DNA of 45,107 bases, taken from contig JASVEC010000124.1 of NCBI GenBank assembly GCA_030770535.1, positions 1 through 45,107 of the forward strand. Reading direction: 5' to 3'. Below, piece after piece: positions 20,774 to 32,070 of this stretch (the stretch's first letter is position 1; each line of letters opens with the position of its first letter). The notes beneath the pieces are model-generated. The model was not told the origin of the DNA. It made no database searches and saw only the letters and a list, made by a program, of their open reading frames with translations. Source of the stretch: Batkoa obscura (taxonomy: Eukaryota). A program made the translations under genes and the position numbers.

Positions 20774-21002
20774 TTTGCGATTTTATTGAAATAAAGTTTA
20801 TAACAATTTTATAAAGAAATAAAAATAAAAATTATAAAACTAAATTTCAAGGTTAAGCAAATGCAAGTTTAATAAGCAGCCAATCATATTTTTGATAATT
20901 TTATTAAATATAAAAATAAGAGACTATATAGATTTTAACTATCTTTGTATCTTAGTAGGTCTATAGGTTTTCCTACTATTAAATGATTTTTTCTATACTT
21001 AT

Positions 21003-21948
21003 TTAGAACAGGATTATAAAAATGATACAAATATTTACTAGATTCTCAGTCGCTGTAGCCAAATCTGTAACTTTGGACTAATCAATAAATAAACACTAAT
21101 TAAGATACATTAAATAAAAGATGCTTACTACACTCTCCCTGTTCTTAATTGGTGATATCAAAATAGGTTTATTCATTATCCTTCTGGGCTGTAAAAGTTG
21201 GTTTCTAAAGTTATCTTAATTTAAATTGGATAATATATATATATTAATACCTTTTTTCTTTACGAAATTTGTCAAAAATTGTCATTTCACCTTCGCTTAC
21301 TGTTAATTGTAATATGATGTAAATATTAATGCTCCTTACTCTTATTATTATGTATCGGTCCCAAATCTGGTTTTATTCTCATCCTTATATTAGCTAACTT
21401 TTCTTTTTTAGCCTTTTCTTCTTCTTTTGCTTGCTCAAATATTTTTTTCATCTCAATACCGCGTCTTTTTTCTTCGTTTAATAAGTCCTATCGTATCAAA
21501 CGTTAAATAAAGAACAAAAGACTAAATCATTGTTACAAAATATAGTTTTTTATAACCTAATTTTGGGACACCATCTAATTTATCAATATATCTGGCTTTG
21601 GTAAAACAAAATTTTTTCCATAATACTAAATCAATATTAAATATTTTCATACTAATAAAAATTAATATCAAGTACTGTTGTTTCTTTTTTTAAAGCTCTA
21701 AATCAATAAATATTAATAGTAATTGCTATCATTATAAAATTTACTTGATTTTTTTCTTCAAATTTTGCTAACATTTCTGGTCCCATTTTACATAATACAG
21801 GTAATAATAATTTATACGGTATCCCTTCCACATCTTCAATGCCTAACAAATTCATTTATTAACCTTATTTTTTCCATTTGATTTATTTACAATCTCCATA
21901 TTTCAATAAACATTCCATGCTTAATTCCTTCAAGCTTTTTAGTTCCAT
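21003..21948 (-). CDS. ELA1: Elongin A-like protein, 8 exons (21891-21948, 21745-21842, 21676-21697, 21537-21625, 21340-21487, 21251-21299, 21129-21204, 21003-21077), ~204 aa
   Basis: Spliced translation MELKSLKELSMECLLKYGDCIEDVEGIPYKLLLPVLCKMGPEMLAKFEEKNQ...ILWKKFCF (BC-box followed by the Elongin A F-box-like region); seven GT-AG introns of 40-51 nt give an intact frame. The last exon is least certain. Confidence 0.8.
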
Positions 21949-22895
21949 TTTTGTCTAAGTGATACTGCTACTGGCGGTAATATAACTGCAATAATGATTC
22001 GATAGTATTCTAAATAATAAGACTAAATATTCGAAATATATAAATTGATCTGAATTTTTATTGATTTAAAAAAGCAAATTTGAAAATGTGACAGTTCCTT
22101 ACGGAATGTTTATTAAGTACCAAAAAAAACAATTTTGCCCAAAATGTGTTTAGCTGATACCCATTAGAACAGCTTGCAGTTAGATGCCTTTCATATTTTT
22201 TGAAGGCGATTTTTTATATAAATTTAAGGGTTGCATCCTTTTCTAAAATTTTAACTACATATTATAATAATTTGACTCTAAATTAAAAATAACGAAAGAC
22301 AGCTAACTATAGGCTGTTCTATGAACGAAGTTGCTGTTTCTGGATATGTTATTATAAGTTTACTTTGTTAAAGCAAAAAGAACAAATATATGATAATAGT
22401 ATCTTAAAAGTAATATAAACTTAGTTTGATTTATTTGTAAAGTTTTAGAGTAGCAAGTGTAACAAAAATAATAATTTTAAAAGTGTTGACTCAATTACAT
22501 TAATAAAAATAAAAATGAAAGAGAATTCCGTTGAAGTGATTTAATAAGTAAAAAAATAAAAATAATAGAGGCTTTCTTTCGTCTCTTTCAAATTAGTCTA
22601 CTTTTAATTTTTAACTGTTAAAAAATGATGAAAGTGAATTAATCTTTATTTTTGGTTAATGATTGAGAAATAAAATTGTGTTTTTTTGAGCTTTATTTTT
22701 GGTAAAAAAAACAATAGCCAATAAAACTTTATTTTCCAAAAAAATTTGATTAAAAATATTAGAAAAGGAAATAAGTAAAACTCAGTGAGCAAATGGGTAA
22801 AGTTTTAAAAAATAAGTGTATGCTATTCGTATTAATAGTAGCATAGTCTATAGTATATAAGGAATAGAATTGGAAAAGAAGCAGAATCAAGCATA

Positions 22896-23444
22896 ATGTA
22901 TAGTTCATTTGTCAAAACGTATACTTTGTTTTTTATCTTTTTAAGCATATTAATAGCAAGCAGCAATGTTATGAATAATGGTAATGAATTGAATGACTTA
23001 GCAAATAACGAAGTTATGTGCAATAAAGTAGTAGATATAATCAATGAAATAAGAGAAAAGAGAGGATTAAGCAAGATAAAAAAGTCGAGCAAATTAACAA
23101 AAACAGCAGAAGAGCATGCTAAAGACTTAAAGAGAAACCAGAATAATCCAAATTTAAAACTACATAGTTGGTATAATTTACATCCATGTAATTTTGATGG
23201 CAACTTTAATTGTATGTGGGAAAAACCACGTCAAGTTGCTAATTACCCATCCAATGGTTATGAAATTAGTTTTAGTGGTCTAAATGATGCTAATTCTATT
23301 GTTCAAACTTGGTTAAACTCTCCTCCACATGCTAGCGTTATCCTTAACCAGGATTCTTTTTCAGGAGCTAAATGGAATGCTATTGGCTCTGCATCTGTTT
23401 CTCCTTTCACCGTTGTTTGGTTTGGTACGGAGCCCGATGCTTAG
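22896..23444 (+). CDS. Secreted CAP/SCP-domain protein of bacterial-type architecture
   Basis: Signal peptide; INEIREKRGL...LTKTAEEHAKDL...HSW...CMWEKPRQVANYPSNGYEIS...WLNSPPHASVILN...WNAIG...VVWFG. Confidence 0.85.
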   Translation: MYSSFVKTYTLFFIFLSILIASSNVMNNGNELNDLANNEVMCNKVVDIINEIREKRGLSKIKKSSKLTKTAEEHAKDLKRNQNNPNLKLHSWYNLHPCNFDGNFNCMWEKPRQVANYPSNGYEISFSGLNDANSIVQTWLNSPPHASVILNQDSFSGAKWNAIGSASVSPFTVVWFGTEPDA

Positions 23445-23730
23445 CATTTATTTGCTGTTACTATGCCATTAGTATCATTACCACCATCAGTATTGTTTTT
23501 AGAGCAACATATTAAATTTTCATTTTTACACATCCCTTTTACATTTTTTTATTCTTTAATAAAACTCAAAAACGTTAAGTTGTTATATTAAAGTATTATT
23601 TTACTAATAATAGGCTATTTATGTTGTTAAATTCAACTAACTTCAATAACTTTAGCCTTGTGAAATGAAGTTGGCATTACAAATTGACAAAATAAATTTC
23701 TAAATTTGGACTTAACATTGTAAATAATAT

Positions 23731-23749
23731 CGAAATTTCTAGATAGTTA
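23731..23749 (+). promoter_or_regulatory. Heat-shock-element-like site upstream of HSP20 copy 2
   Basis: Same cGAAatTTCtaGAtagTTa as in copy 1. Confidence 0.55.
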
Positions 23750-23884
23750 CTTAAAAATTTAGGTGAATATACTAAAACCTAGAAAAGTTAATAATAGTTT
23801 AAAAAAAGGTATAAAGCCAGAGGATAAAGATAATATTTAAATTAAATTAGATATCAAATTGAACACTAAATCAGATACTAAAAA

Positions 23885-24502
23885 ATGTTTACAACTTTAA
23901 ATAACAATCCATTTGCTCATTATCCTAAAGAATTACATCCTTTTGTATTTACTCCAGATCATTACATCCCCTTTAATCATAAAAAGAATACAACGTCAAC
24001 TACTCAAGAAAATAACACTGAAAAACAATTCACAAATGATAATAACAAAATTCCACTCACTGATGCTGCTAAATCTCAAGAGGATAAATATCCATACGTT
24101 GATATGACAGAATATTCCAATTATTATACTATAGAAGCTGAATTACCTGGATTTAGAAAAGAAGACGTTGAAATTTCATTTGATAATGTCGACAATATAA
24201 TTACTTTAAAGGGGGAATATACTTATCGACCAAAGAAGCATGAAAATATCGTTATAGTGGAAGAAGCAAATGAAACAAATGAGGATGACAATGCTTCTGT
24301 GAGTACATCAAGTGTTAATGATGATGGAAAGCATTTACTTATAGAAAGAAAGCTAAAGAAGAGCTTTAAGAGGAGTTTTAAAGTTAAACACGATATTTTA
24401 GCTGAAGAAATCCAAGCGGATCTAACTGATGGGGTGTTGAATTTAATAATTCCAAAGCGTTTTAAGAAAGAAAATAAGAAAATAAGAATACCCATTCAAT
24501 AA
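23885..24502 (+). CDS. Small heat-shock protein (HSP20), copy 2
   Basis: Protein identical to 18046-18663 except Y12H. Confidence 0.93.
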   Translation: MFTTLNNNPFAHYPKELHPFVFTPDHYIPFNHKKNTTSTTQENNTEKQFTNDNNKIPLTDAAKSQEDKYPYVDMTEYSNYYTIEAELPGFRKEDVEISFDNVDNIITLKGEYTYRPKKHENIVIVEEANETNEDDNASVSTSSVNDDGKHLLIERKLKKSFKRSFKVKHDILAEEIQADLTDGVLNLIIPKRFKKENKKIRIPIQ

Positions 24503-25076
24503 GTTTTGTATAATTATTCTCTCTAATATAAATCATTATTATTTTAAATAAAAATAATTCAATATTTAATGTTTTTTTGAGCTTATTTTAATTAAAAAAA
24601 CAGAAATGTTGTAAAAACCAAAAGTTGTTTTTAATTTTCCTATTAAACTTAATTATTTTCAACTGTTTTATCATTTAATTCTATGCTAATTTAGCATGTT
24701 AAAAACTTCGATGGTAGTGAAACCAGTATAAAGTTATTATCTGTCAATGATAGTTTATCAATTAGTATCAGATCTGCCAAAATACCTTTTAGAAAAATGT
24801 TATAGGAGATAGTTACCATGAATATAACTCTTTAATATCTGCTCTGTATTGTCATTAGTATTGATGGAATTCAAATTATTCATTAGATTCATCAACAAGT
24901 GCCCTTTGAGATGTGGCGTTATTATCAATCTCAATATAATAACTTACCTCATTGGGATTTCGTCTTCTTTTACTGATCCAATGTCATTCATTAAAGCGCA
25001 TTGTAAGGATATATAGATGATTAAGCTATAAACAAGAGAGAGGTTATTAATTATATTTGGAAAACCAGCCATTATA

Positions 25077-25176
25077 AGAGGCTGTTTTTTTTAGTTTCAT
25101 TATTTTTCCATTTTTTAAGCACTATTTGAGTGGAAAGATCGTTGGTAAAATTCTTAAACAAAAAAATACATCCCCA
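25077..25176 (-). mobile_element. MITE copy
   Basis: TA|AGAGGCTGTTTTTTTTAG...AAAAAAATACATCCCCA|TA. Confidence 0.8.
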
Positions 25177-25298
25177 TAACAAGCTCCATAAGATCGTATA
25201 TTTCTATATTTCTGCTTCTCCAGTTAGACCAGATAAATTAGTTTATGACAGGCGTATGTGGCATGTCATTATTCTTTGTCTCCTTTTCTTCGCTGCAA

Positions 25299-27060
25299 CT
25301 AGCAACTCACGTTTTGTAAAGCTCTAAAATAATATACGTTTTCGTTTTCGTTTTCGTTTAAATAGCTGCTTAACAGCTTGAAGTATTGATTGCTAATATG
25401 CTTCGCATCAACACCGGCAACTATAAATTTATCACTAGCTAAAATATGGCAATTCATAATCATCAAAGCTATAAAGGAAACCTCAGATTTCGATAACTGT
25501 TCAAAATATAAACCTAAGCACTCTACATAACCCATAACCTGGTTGAAACTAAAGCATAGTTCTTTTCATTTGTATTCAAAGATCTCTTTTACCTTATTAA
25601 CTTCGGAAGAAAAAGAAAAATCCTTCTTTATCATTTTAAATGAACTTCCTATTGATAATTGCTATATTTTGAGACTTTTTATGTATATTCAATACAAAAA
25701 TAAACATCAAGGAATGGACTTCACTATATATATGAGAATGAATTTTGTATCTAAGAATTTTGCTAAGAATTTTTCTGCTCAAATAGCACTTAAGATGGAA
25801 AAAGTAATGAAGCTAAAAAACACTCTCATATATTCAATAAAAACATTGGAGTTTACATCGTTACAGTTATCAAAGGCAACATTAGTCAAATTATTATTTA
25901 ACATCGGTTTCTTTTTTATATTCGAAGATGTAGTATCCATGTCAAGACGACAATTTGATATTTCAAAGCTATATAAATTATGAGAATATCTATATAAAAA
26001 TCAAAAAATTCCATTCCTAAAATTAAATTCTTTACTTTCAATATTATCATATTAGTATTTATCTTTAGACAATTCCCTCGAATTAAAAATAAGGAACTTT
26101 TACATAATGATAAACTCAAATAAGTGATTGTTAACATATTTCAAATCCAACATAGAATTTTAGATGTAAGGTTATAACAAAGTTGAACATTGAATTTATT
26201 TAGAAAATAAACCATTGTTAATAGTCAACCTATTTAACTTGATGTTGTATAATCTAAATTCTTTTGAAATGGATCTACTATTAAATATTACTTTAGAGTA
26301 CACCAATATATAAAATGCTTGAACCTTTGGATAGCTATTGGAGTTGATATTTATTTCTTTTGAAACCAATACATACATACTTTCAATATGCAGCGTTTTT
26401 AGCTCCAGAAATGATTTATTTAAGAGATAATTGAGTTTGTGTAATTTAATATCAATTCAGGTCAATCCAAGTGTCTTTAAGTTATTGAATTGATCTAATA
26501 TATTCTCGAAATACGATAGCCTATTATTGAAATTATTTAATCACTAATGAAGTGATATTAGATGGCGAACTTAGTATTACTTGGTTATAAAATAATCATT
26601 TATATCGTCCAATTTCAAATACGTTAAATTTAGAAGCATTTCTCCAATTATAATTTTATGACTACCAAGGTAACCTCCAGTTGTCATATTATTAAAAGTT
26701 GTGTAATAAGTATTCTTTAATGAAATGTATTTAGAATACTTTCTTTTCTTCAAATAATTATTTAGATATACACAGGTTTGTCGTATTTGGGTATATTGAG
26801 GAATGTAATGGTATATTTAAAAGTTGCTTAAAACCTACTTCCTTAATTTAATAATCATGCTTTTTAAAACTTCTATAATAATTTTTTAATATAATGATAA
26901 TAATTTGGTGTGATATCTTCCCATAATATCGGTGTAATTGCTTTATTCCATCTTTTATAACATGTCAATAAGTCGACCTTATTTTATATTTCACATAAAG
27001 GTAAAGTAAGATCTCTTTAACTATATTTTTCTCCAAATCGTCAAATTCGAATAATGTTTT
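25299..27060 (-). pseudogene. Decayed F-box/LRR gene
   Basis: F-box split by a frameshift (FDDLEKNIVKEILLYL / VDLLTCYKRWNKAITPILWEDI), then LRR-like fragments (NLYSFEISNC, NLTNVAFDNC) with many stops, frameshifts and a MITE insertion. Ends approximate. Confidence 0.6.
25733..25828 (+). mobile_element. MITE copy inserted in F-box/LRR pseudogene
   Basis: TA|TGAGAATG...AAAAAACACTCTCA|TA within a (TA)n run. Confidence 0.8.
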
Positions 27061-27473
27061 TAAAATAAAAAAGTTTAAATATAGAAAACATATAAAAAAA
27101 AATAAAAAAATAAAAAGAGCTTGATATTTTATTTACATTCAATTACTGATGGCTAAAAATAATGATTTTGTGGCATGAAATTAAATTTAATATTAACAAG
27201 CTTATTACGGTATTCAGTCAATACTTTTGGACTATTATAGCTGTACTTTTGAGTCTTGAGATACTCATTCTATTCCCATATATTATATTGCTAGAAGGAA
27301 ATAGGATCATTCTATAGGCTATAAGGTGGGGATGATAAAAAGAAAGGCATCTTGTACTGTTTGTTGAAGCCTAAACTTTTGATATTTTAAAAATCAATAG
27401 AAAAAAATGCTTTTGATTGAATTTTAACTTTATTAAGTTGAAGACAACAATATTTAAAGTGTGCTTAAATATA

Positions 27474-27552
27474 TGTGGATGCTTTTTAAATTTCTTTCAT
27501 TTTTAAGTGTTATTTGAGTGGAAAGATAGCAAAGTTCAAAAATATATTTCCA
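27474..27552 (-). mobile_element. Degenerate MITE copy
   Basis: TA|TGTGGATG...TTTCATTTTTAAGTGTTATTTGAGTGGAAAGAT...CCA|TA. Confidence 0.6.
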
Positions 27553-27623
27553 TAAAATGATCTGATTGCTTATTTAATTAAATTTATATAATTTTTTTAG
27601 TTTTAGAGTTCAATGATCAGATT

Positions 27624-27696
27624 GGGGAACTAGCTCAGATGGTAGAGCGCTCGCTTAGCATGCGAGAGGCACCGGGATCGATGCCCGGGTTCTCCA
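27624..27696 (+). tRNA. tRNA-Ala (AGC)
   Basis: GGGGAACTAGCTCAGATGGTAGAGCGCTCGCTTAGCATGCGAGAGGCACCGGGATCGATGCCCGGGTTCTCCA. Confidence 0.97.
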
Positions 27697-27782
27697 ATAA
27701 TAATTACTTTCAATTTTATTTTTCTCAATTTCATATAAATTTGGTATTGAAAATCAATTCTATTCGATTCTCTAACAACTAA

Positions 27783-27882
27783 TGGGAGTGTTTTTTTTGA
27801 CTTCATTATTTTTTTCATTTTTAAGCGCTATTTAAGCGGAAAAATTGCTAGTAAAATTCTTAAATACAAAAATACATCCCCT
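27783..27882 (-). mobile_element. MITE copy (mirror of 16825-16924 inside the inverted duplication)
   Basis: TGGGAGTGTTTTTTTTGACTTCATT...AAAATACATCCCCT. Confidence 0.8.
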
Positions 27883-28448
27883 AATACTATTTTTGTTAAA
27901 ATTAAAATAAAAGTACTTTTAATATACGGTTTTTTCGTATAGTGAAATATTAACCATAAAGGCTTAAAACATAAAACATCATTAGTCATATTCACAATAT
28001 TATTCAAATAAAACACGTTCATATTAAATTTATAAATATTTCATAGCTTGTACACTACTATAAATCATACTTTTATGTTTGTATTCCTTTTTGATTATTT
28101 TTTCAATTAAATAATTAATTAAATGGGGTAAATTTAAAAACTAGTGCTGTTAGTTTCCAAAAAAAGAGCCAAAGATGGACTAAACTTTAATATACACAAA
28201 TAAAAATAAAATACATTATAATAATAGCAATAAAACTAAAATCGAAATGCTATTTCATTACTGATATTGGAGAATATGTAGCTGAAAATAAGCTAATTTT
28301 ATAACGGTTTTTTTACTAATTTAGCTCGAGATTGAAAAAACAAACTCATTTTTCCAAGTGGAGTGTAAAAATGGAATAAAATATAAATTAAGTGATTAAG
28401 TTAAAAATAAATTAAATACAACCAAAATATTAAATTCAACAATTAAAA

Positions 28449-29321
28449 ATGAAATCTACTACTGTAATTAGTATCATAATGTCTTCTTTAATCCCTTCTG
28501 TTATTTCCATTCCCACTCCTATTCCTAATGATGACTATGCTGTAACTACTCCTTCTTATGAAACTACTGATTATTCTAATGCTTACAATACTGGTAAAAT
28601 AAATGATTACTCGAATAGCAATAATAACGCCTATGGGGATAGTTACAATACTAGCTATAACAACAATAACAATAATAACAGTTATGGAACTGGGTATAAT
28701 AATGACTATTCTAATAATAATAATGGTAATTATAATTATAGTACTGGGTATTCTGGCAATAACTACAACAATGGGTACTCTGGTAATAACTACAACAATG
28801 GATACTCTGGTAATAACTACAACAATGGATACTCTGGTAACAGCTACAACACTGGGTATTCTAGTAATAATTACAATAACGGATATTCTGGTAATAATTA
28901 CAATGCTGGATACTCTAACAACTATAACAATGGATATTCCAATAATTATAATAAAGGATATGGGTCAAATTATGAATTAGGATCTAACAATTATAATAGT
29001 AATTACGATTATGGACATAATAACAATAACAATTATAATAATAATTACAATAATGGCTATAATAATAATTACAATAATGACTATAATAATAATTATAATA
29101 ATGACTATAATAATAATTATAATGGTGACTATAATAATAATTATAATGGTGACTATAATAATAATTATAATAATGACTATAATAATAATTATAATAACGA
29201 CTATAGTTCTGGGGCCACTGGGATAGGCGCAAGCTCTAACGGTGCTACTGGTGTTGGTGCATCCAATTCTAATGGGGGTATCGGTTTAGGCCTTGGTCTT
29301 GGTCTAGGTTTAGATCTTTAA
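28449..29321 (+). CDS. Secreted Asn/Tyr/Gly-rich repetitive protein (copy 2)
   Basis: Translation identical to 15386-16258. Confidence 0.8.
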   Translation: MKSTTVISIIMSSLIPSVISIPTPIPNDDYAVTTPSYETTDYSNAYNTGKINDYSNSNNNAYGDSYNTSYNNNNNNNSYGTGYNNDYSNNNNGNYNYSTGYSGNNYNNGYSGNNYNNGYSGNNYNNGYSGNSYNTGYSSNNYNNGYSGNNYNAGYSNNYNNGYSNNYNKGYGSNYELGSNNYNSNYDYGHNNNNNYNNNYNNGYNNNYNNDYNNNYNNDYNNNYNGDYNNNYNGDYNNNYNNDYNNNYNNDYSSGATGIGASSNGATGVGASNSNGGIGLGLGLGLGLDL

Positions 29322-30962
29322 GAGACTTAAAATTATTACTTTGATATTTCACATACTCTAATAATAAAATCATAATTCATATTTAACCAGTTATTTATAA
29401 ATTTAAAAGTTTTAGCCATTTCAATATTAAAAATTCAACTTTAACTAGTTTTGTAAAGTAGTAAATGTACAACTGATAAACTTAATCAACTCTTTTACTT
29501 TATAATATTAAGATTGAAACGACAAGCGGTATAACCAGAATATTGGTATCCTTTCCTAAATCAAAGTTGATTAAATTTCATTAGATTTTTCTTGTTAAAG
29601 ATTTCAAAAATATTTTTTATATTGAAACTTTACAATTTTAATAGAATTTAGATATAAAATATTTAATACCTGGTTTTCTTAGTCTATTGCAGTAGAGTTT
29701 TTGAAATTTTATTGAGACAGAATTTTTAAGTAATAGCCACCTAAATAAAAAATAAGGAGAACTTACAACTATTAAAATTTGTCTCGATTTAATTTGTATT
29801 TCATTCTAAAGCTAGTTGTTTGCCTGCTTAGCTTTTTGATCCTGATCTTTAGTCGTTATACTGATTTAAGTAGGATATATTCTTAATTATAGAACTAATC
29901 AGGTTACAATAGAAATGGAATGGTTGTATTTTAATAAGTGATTTGAACCTAAGTTTTTTGGTCAAAAAGAGGGTATTATTTTGAGGAGATGGGCTTACTC
30001 AATTCTAAACTGAGTTCAAGACCAAATATCAAATTTTCTTTTTAAATTTTTTTACATTGTCAATTATTCTTGACTACAACTTAAAACTTGTTTCGCTAAT
30101 AGATAACAATATAAATTATAGTCTACATAATGTAAATAAATTAAATAAAAGGGTGAAATCGTAAATTAGAAGTAATCTAAGAGTGGGGATGGTTTTATTT
30201 TGAAATTGGCTTTATTTAAGATTTGTTTTTTTTAAATGCTCAGAATTGATCTAAAATACATGGTGTATACATGAGTTTTGAGAACAAGATTTTCTTATTT
30301 AATACATTGATAATCAATAATAAATCTATTGATAATTAAAGCGAGAATAATACCTTACTGAAAGCTTTAACCTAGGCTAACACACAATAGTGATGCTTTA
30401 AAGGAAGCATAACAAATAAAATTTATTTTTATATAAAAAAATTAGATAACCTTTTATATCTGGAGCTATAGTTATTAATAACTCTTTGACCTATTTTTAT
30501 CTACTGATAAAACTACAAGCCAATTTAACTTTTATTATAGAACTTTTCGATACTTTGATTTATCTATTTATCATAGTATGTTTTTTGAACTTGATACTTA
30601 ACTAGCCTACCCATTGCTTGCGGTTGTCATAGTACATATGGGTTTATATACCCCAGTATTTAATCAGTTCATATAAAGAGTTATTATATATTAAATGTAT
30701 TATCTTGGGATTAAATCATATTATTGAGGGGCAGGAAAGTAGTTAACTTTAAACCATAATGTTTTAAAATCAAAAAATAGAATTTTTCAAACTTATCTTT
30801 CTTCACTTAGATTTTTTTAGCTACCAACCTTTTAGCTTAAAAAATGACTAAATAGGGGGGTTTCGGGGTGATAAAAATTTGCTGAGTGGTGCGGCTAATT
30901 GAGCTAAGAATGCTCCCAATAAAATCTAAAAAGAAACAATTTAAAATTTGGTGTGAAGTATT

Positions 30963-30994
30963 TAAACCCTAAACCCTAAACCTTAAACCTTAAA
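30963..30994 (+). repeat. Short 7-mer tandem repeat TAAACC(C/T), telomere-like
   Basis: TAAACCC TAAACCC TAAACCT TAAACCT TAAA. Confidence 0.7.
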
Positions 30995-31070
30995 ATAAAA
31001 ATAAAATTTAAATCCAATATACCATTAATTCTTTCTTGTCTTTATATATTTCATTAATATTTTTAAAAGT

Positions 31071-31766
31071 ATGAACTTACGCTTCTTAATTCTTTGCATA
31101 GGATTTCAATCTAGTTTATCCTATAGTATTCCATTGGCCTATCGTCTATTGATTCGAGATATAGCACCAGTGGATTATTCTGCTATAACCAATGTTCAAA
31201 ATAATGTTAATTTATACGGTGGGGCGACTGGAAGTAATGCAGGATTTTCTGCTGGAGGTACATTTAACACGCCCCCAACTGGCGGCCCTGCTACCTCCAT
31301 TAGCAGTAGTTTTGGGACAATCAATAATGGTGTTATCACTACCGGCTCAGGCACAACTACCAGTAGTAATACCATTGGAAGTTCTGGAACTGTAGGTGGG
31401 CAAAGCAATTTCAATTCTGGAGGTCAATTTTCTTCAACTTCACCTAACCAATCATCTTATGGAATTAACTCCTCACAAGGTACTTCTTTAAACAACGGTC
31501 TAGGGATGGCCGGATCCATGTCAGGAGGCATTGAATTTATAAGACAACCTGATGGTTCAGTATCGACATCTGCTTCCTATTCCTCAACCAATGGAGTTGT
31601 TTCTCCAATTTTTTCTTCAGTTACTTCTAATAATGCAGGTATTGCCAACGGTAACGCTGTTACTGGTGCTTCATCCAATTTTAATGTACAGCAACCCACT
31701 ATCCCTAGTACCAATGTCAGTACTCCAGTCATACCAAATACTAATGTTTCTACTGCGCCAAAATAA
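31071..31766 (+). CDS. Secreted Gly/Ser/Thr/Asn-rich protein
   Basis: Signal peptide MNLRFLILCIGFQSSLS; 231-aa ORF with raised GC; short C-terminal duplication PTIPSTNVST/PVIPNTNVST. Confidence 0.75.
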   Translation: MNLRFLILCIGFQSSLSYSIPLAYRLLIRDIAPVDYSAITNVQNNVNLYGGATGSNAGFSAGGTFNTPPTGGPATSISSSFGTINNGVITTGSGTTTSSNTIGSSGTVGGQSNFNSGGQFSSTSPNQSSYGINSSQGTSLNNGLGMAGSMSGGIEFIRQPDGSVSTSASYSSTNGVVSPIFSSVTSNNAGIANGNAVTGASSNFNVQQPTIPSTNVSTPVIPNTNVSTAPK

Positions 31767-32070
31767 AACATAATTGGTAAGGTCAAACCATTATGATTTA
31801 CCTTAATATACCGAGACACTTTTACTTACAAATCCTATACGCTTTATTTTTATTATTATATCACATTCATTTTATATTTAAATTGTCTATTAAACTTTCT
31901 TTAAATCTTATTGATTTAGTTATGCATATTGTTATTTTAATTAAAGTTTATTAATTCCAGACTTAGATTCTAGACTACCAGCTTTTGAAAATAATTTTAA
32001 ACATCACCTTGTTATTAGATTTTATATTGTGCTTTTATTTAATATTATAAGATTATGGGCTTTTAGTACA

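Larger units (their letters stand above)
23669..24561 (+). repeat. Second copy of HSP20 direct duplication
   Basis: Matches 17830-18722. Confidence 0.93.
27619..29379 (+). repeat. Right arm of 1761-bp inverted duplication
   Basis: Reverse complement of 15328-17088. Confidence 0.95.

Noticed and set aside
7735..21948. RPB1, Elongin A, KIN17 and SUA5 as a functional transcription gene cluster
   Set aside because: Interspersed with unrelated genes and no shared regulatory signal seen; proximity is probably chance without synteny evidence.
22170..22325. Small hairpins (GCCTTTCA...TGAAGGC; ACAGCT...GGCTGT) as a possible ncRNA
   Set aside because: Short imperfect stems with no snRNA or snoRNA box motifs recognised.
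25130..25983. Plus-strand ORFs of 65 and 146 aa
   Set aside because: They overlap MITEs and the antisense strand of the F-box pseudogene, and use non-ATG starts.
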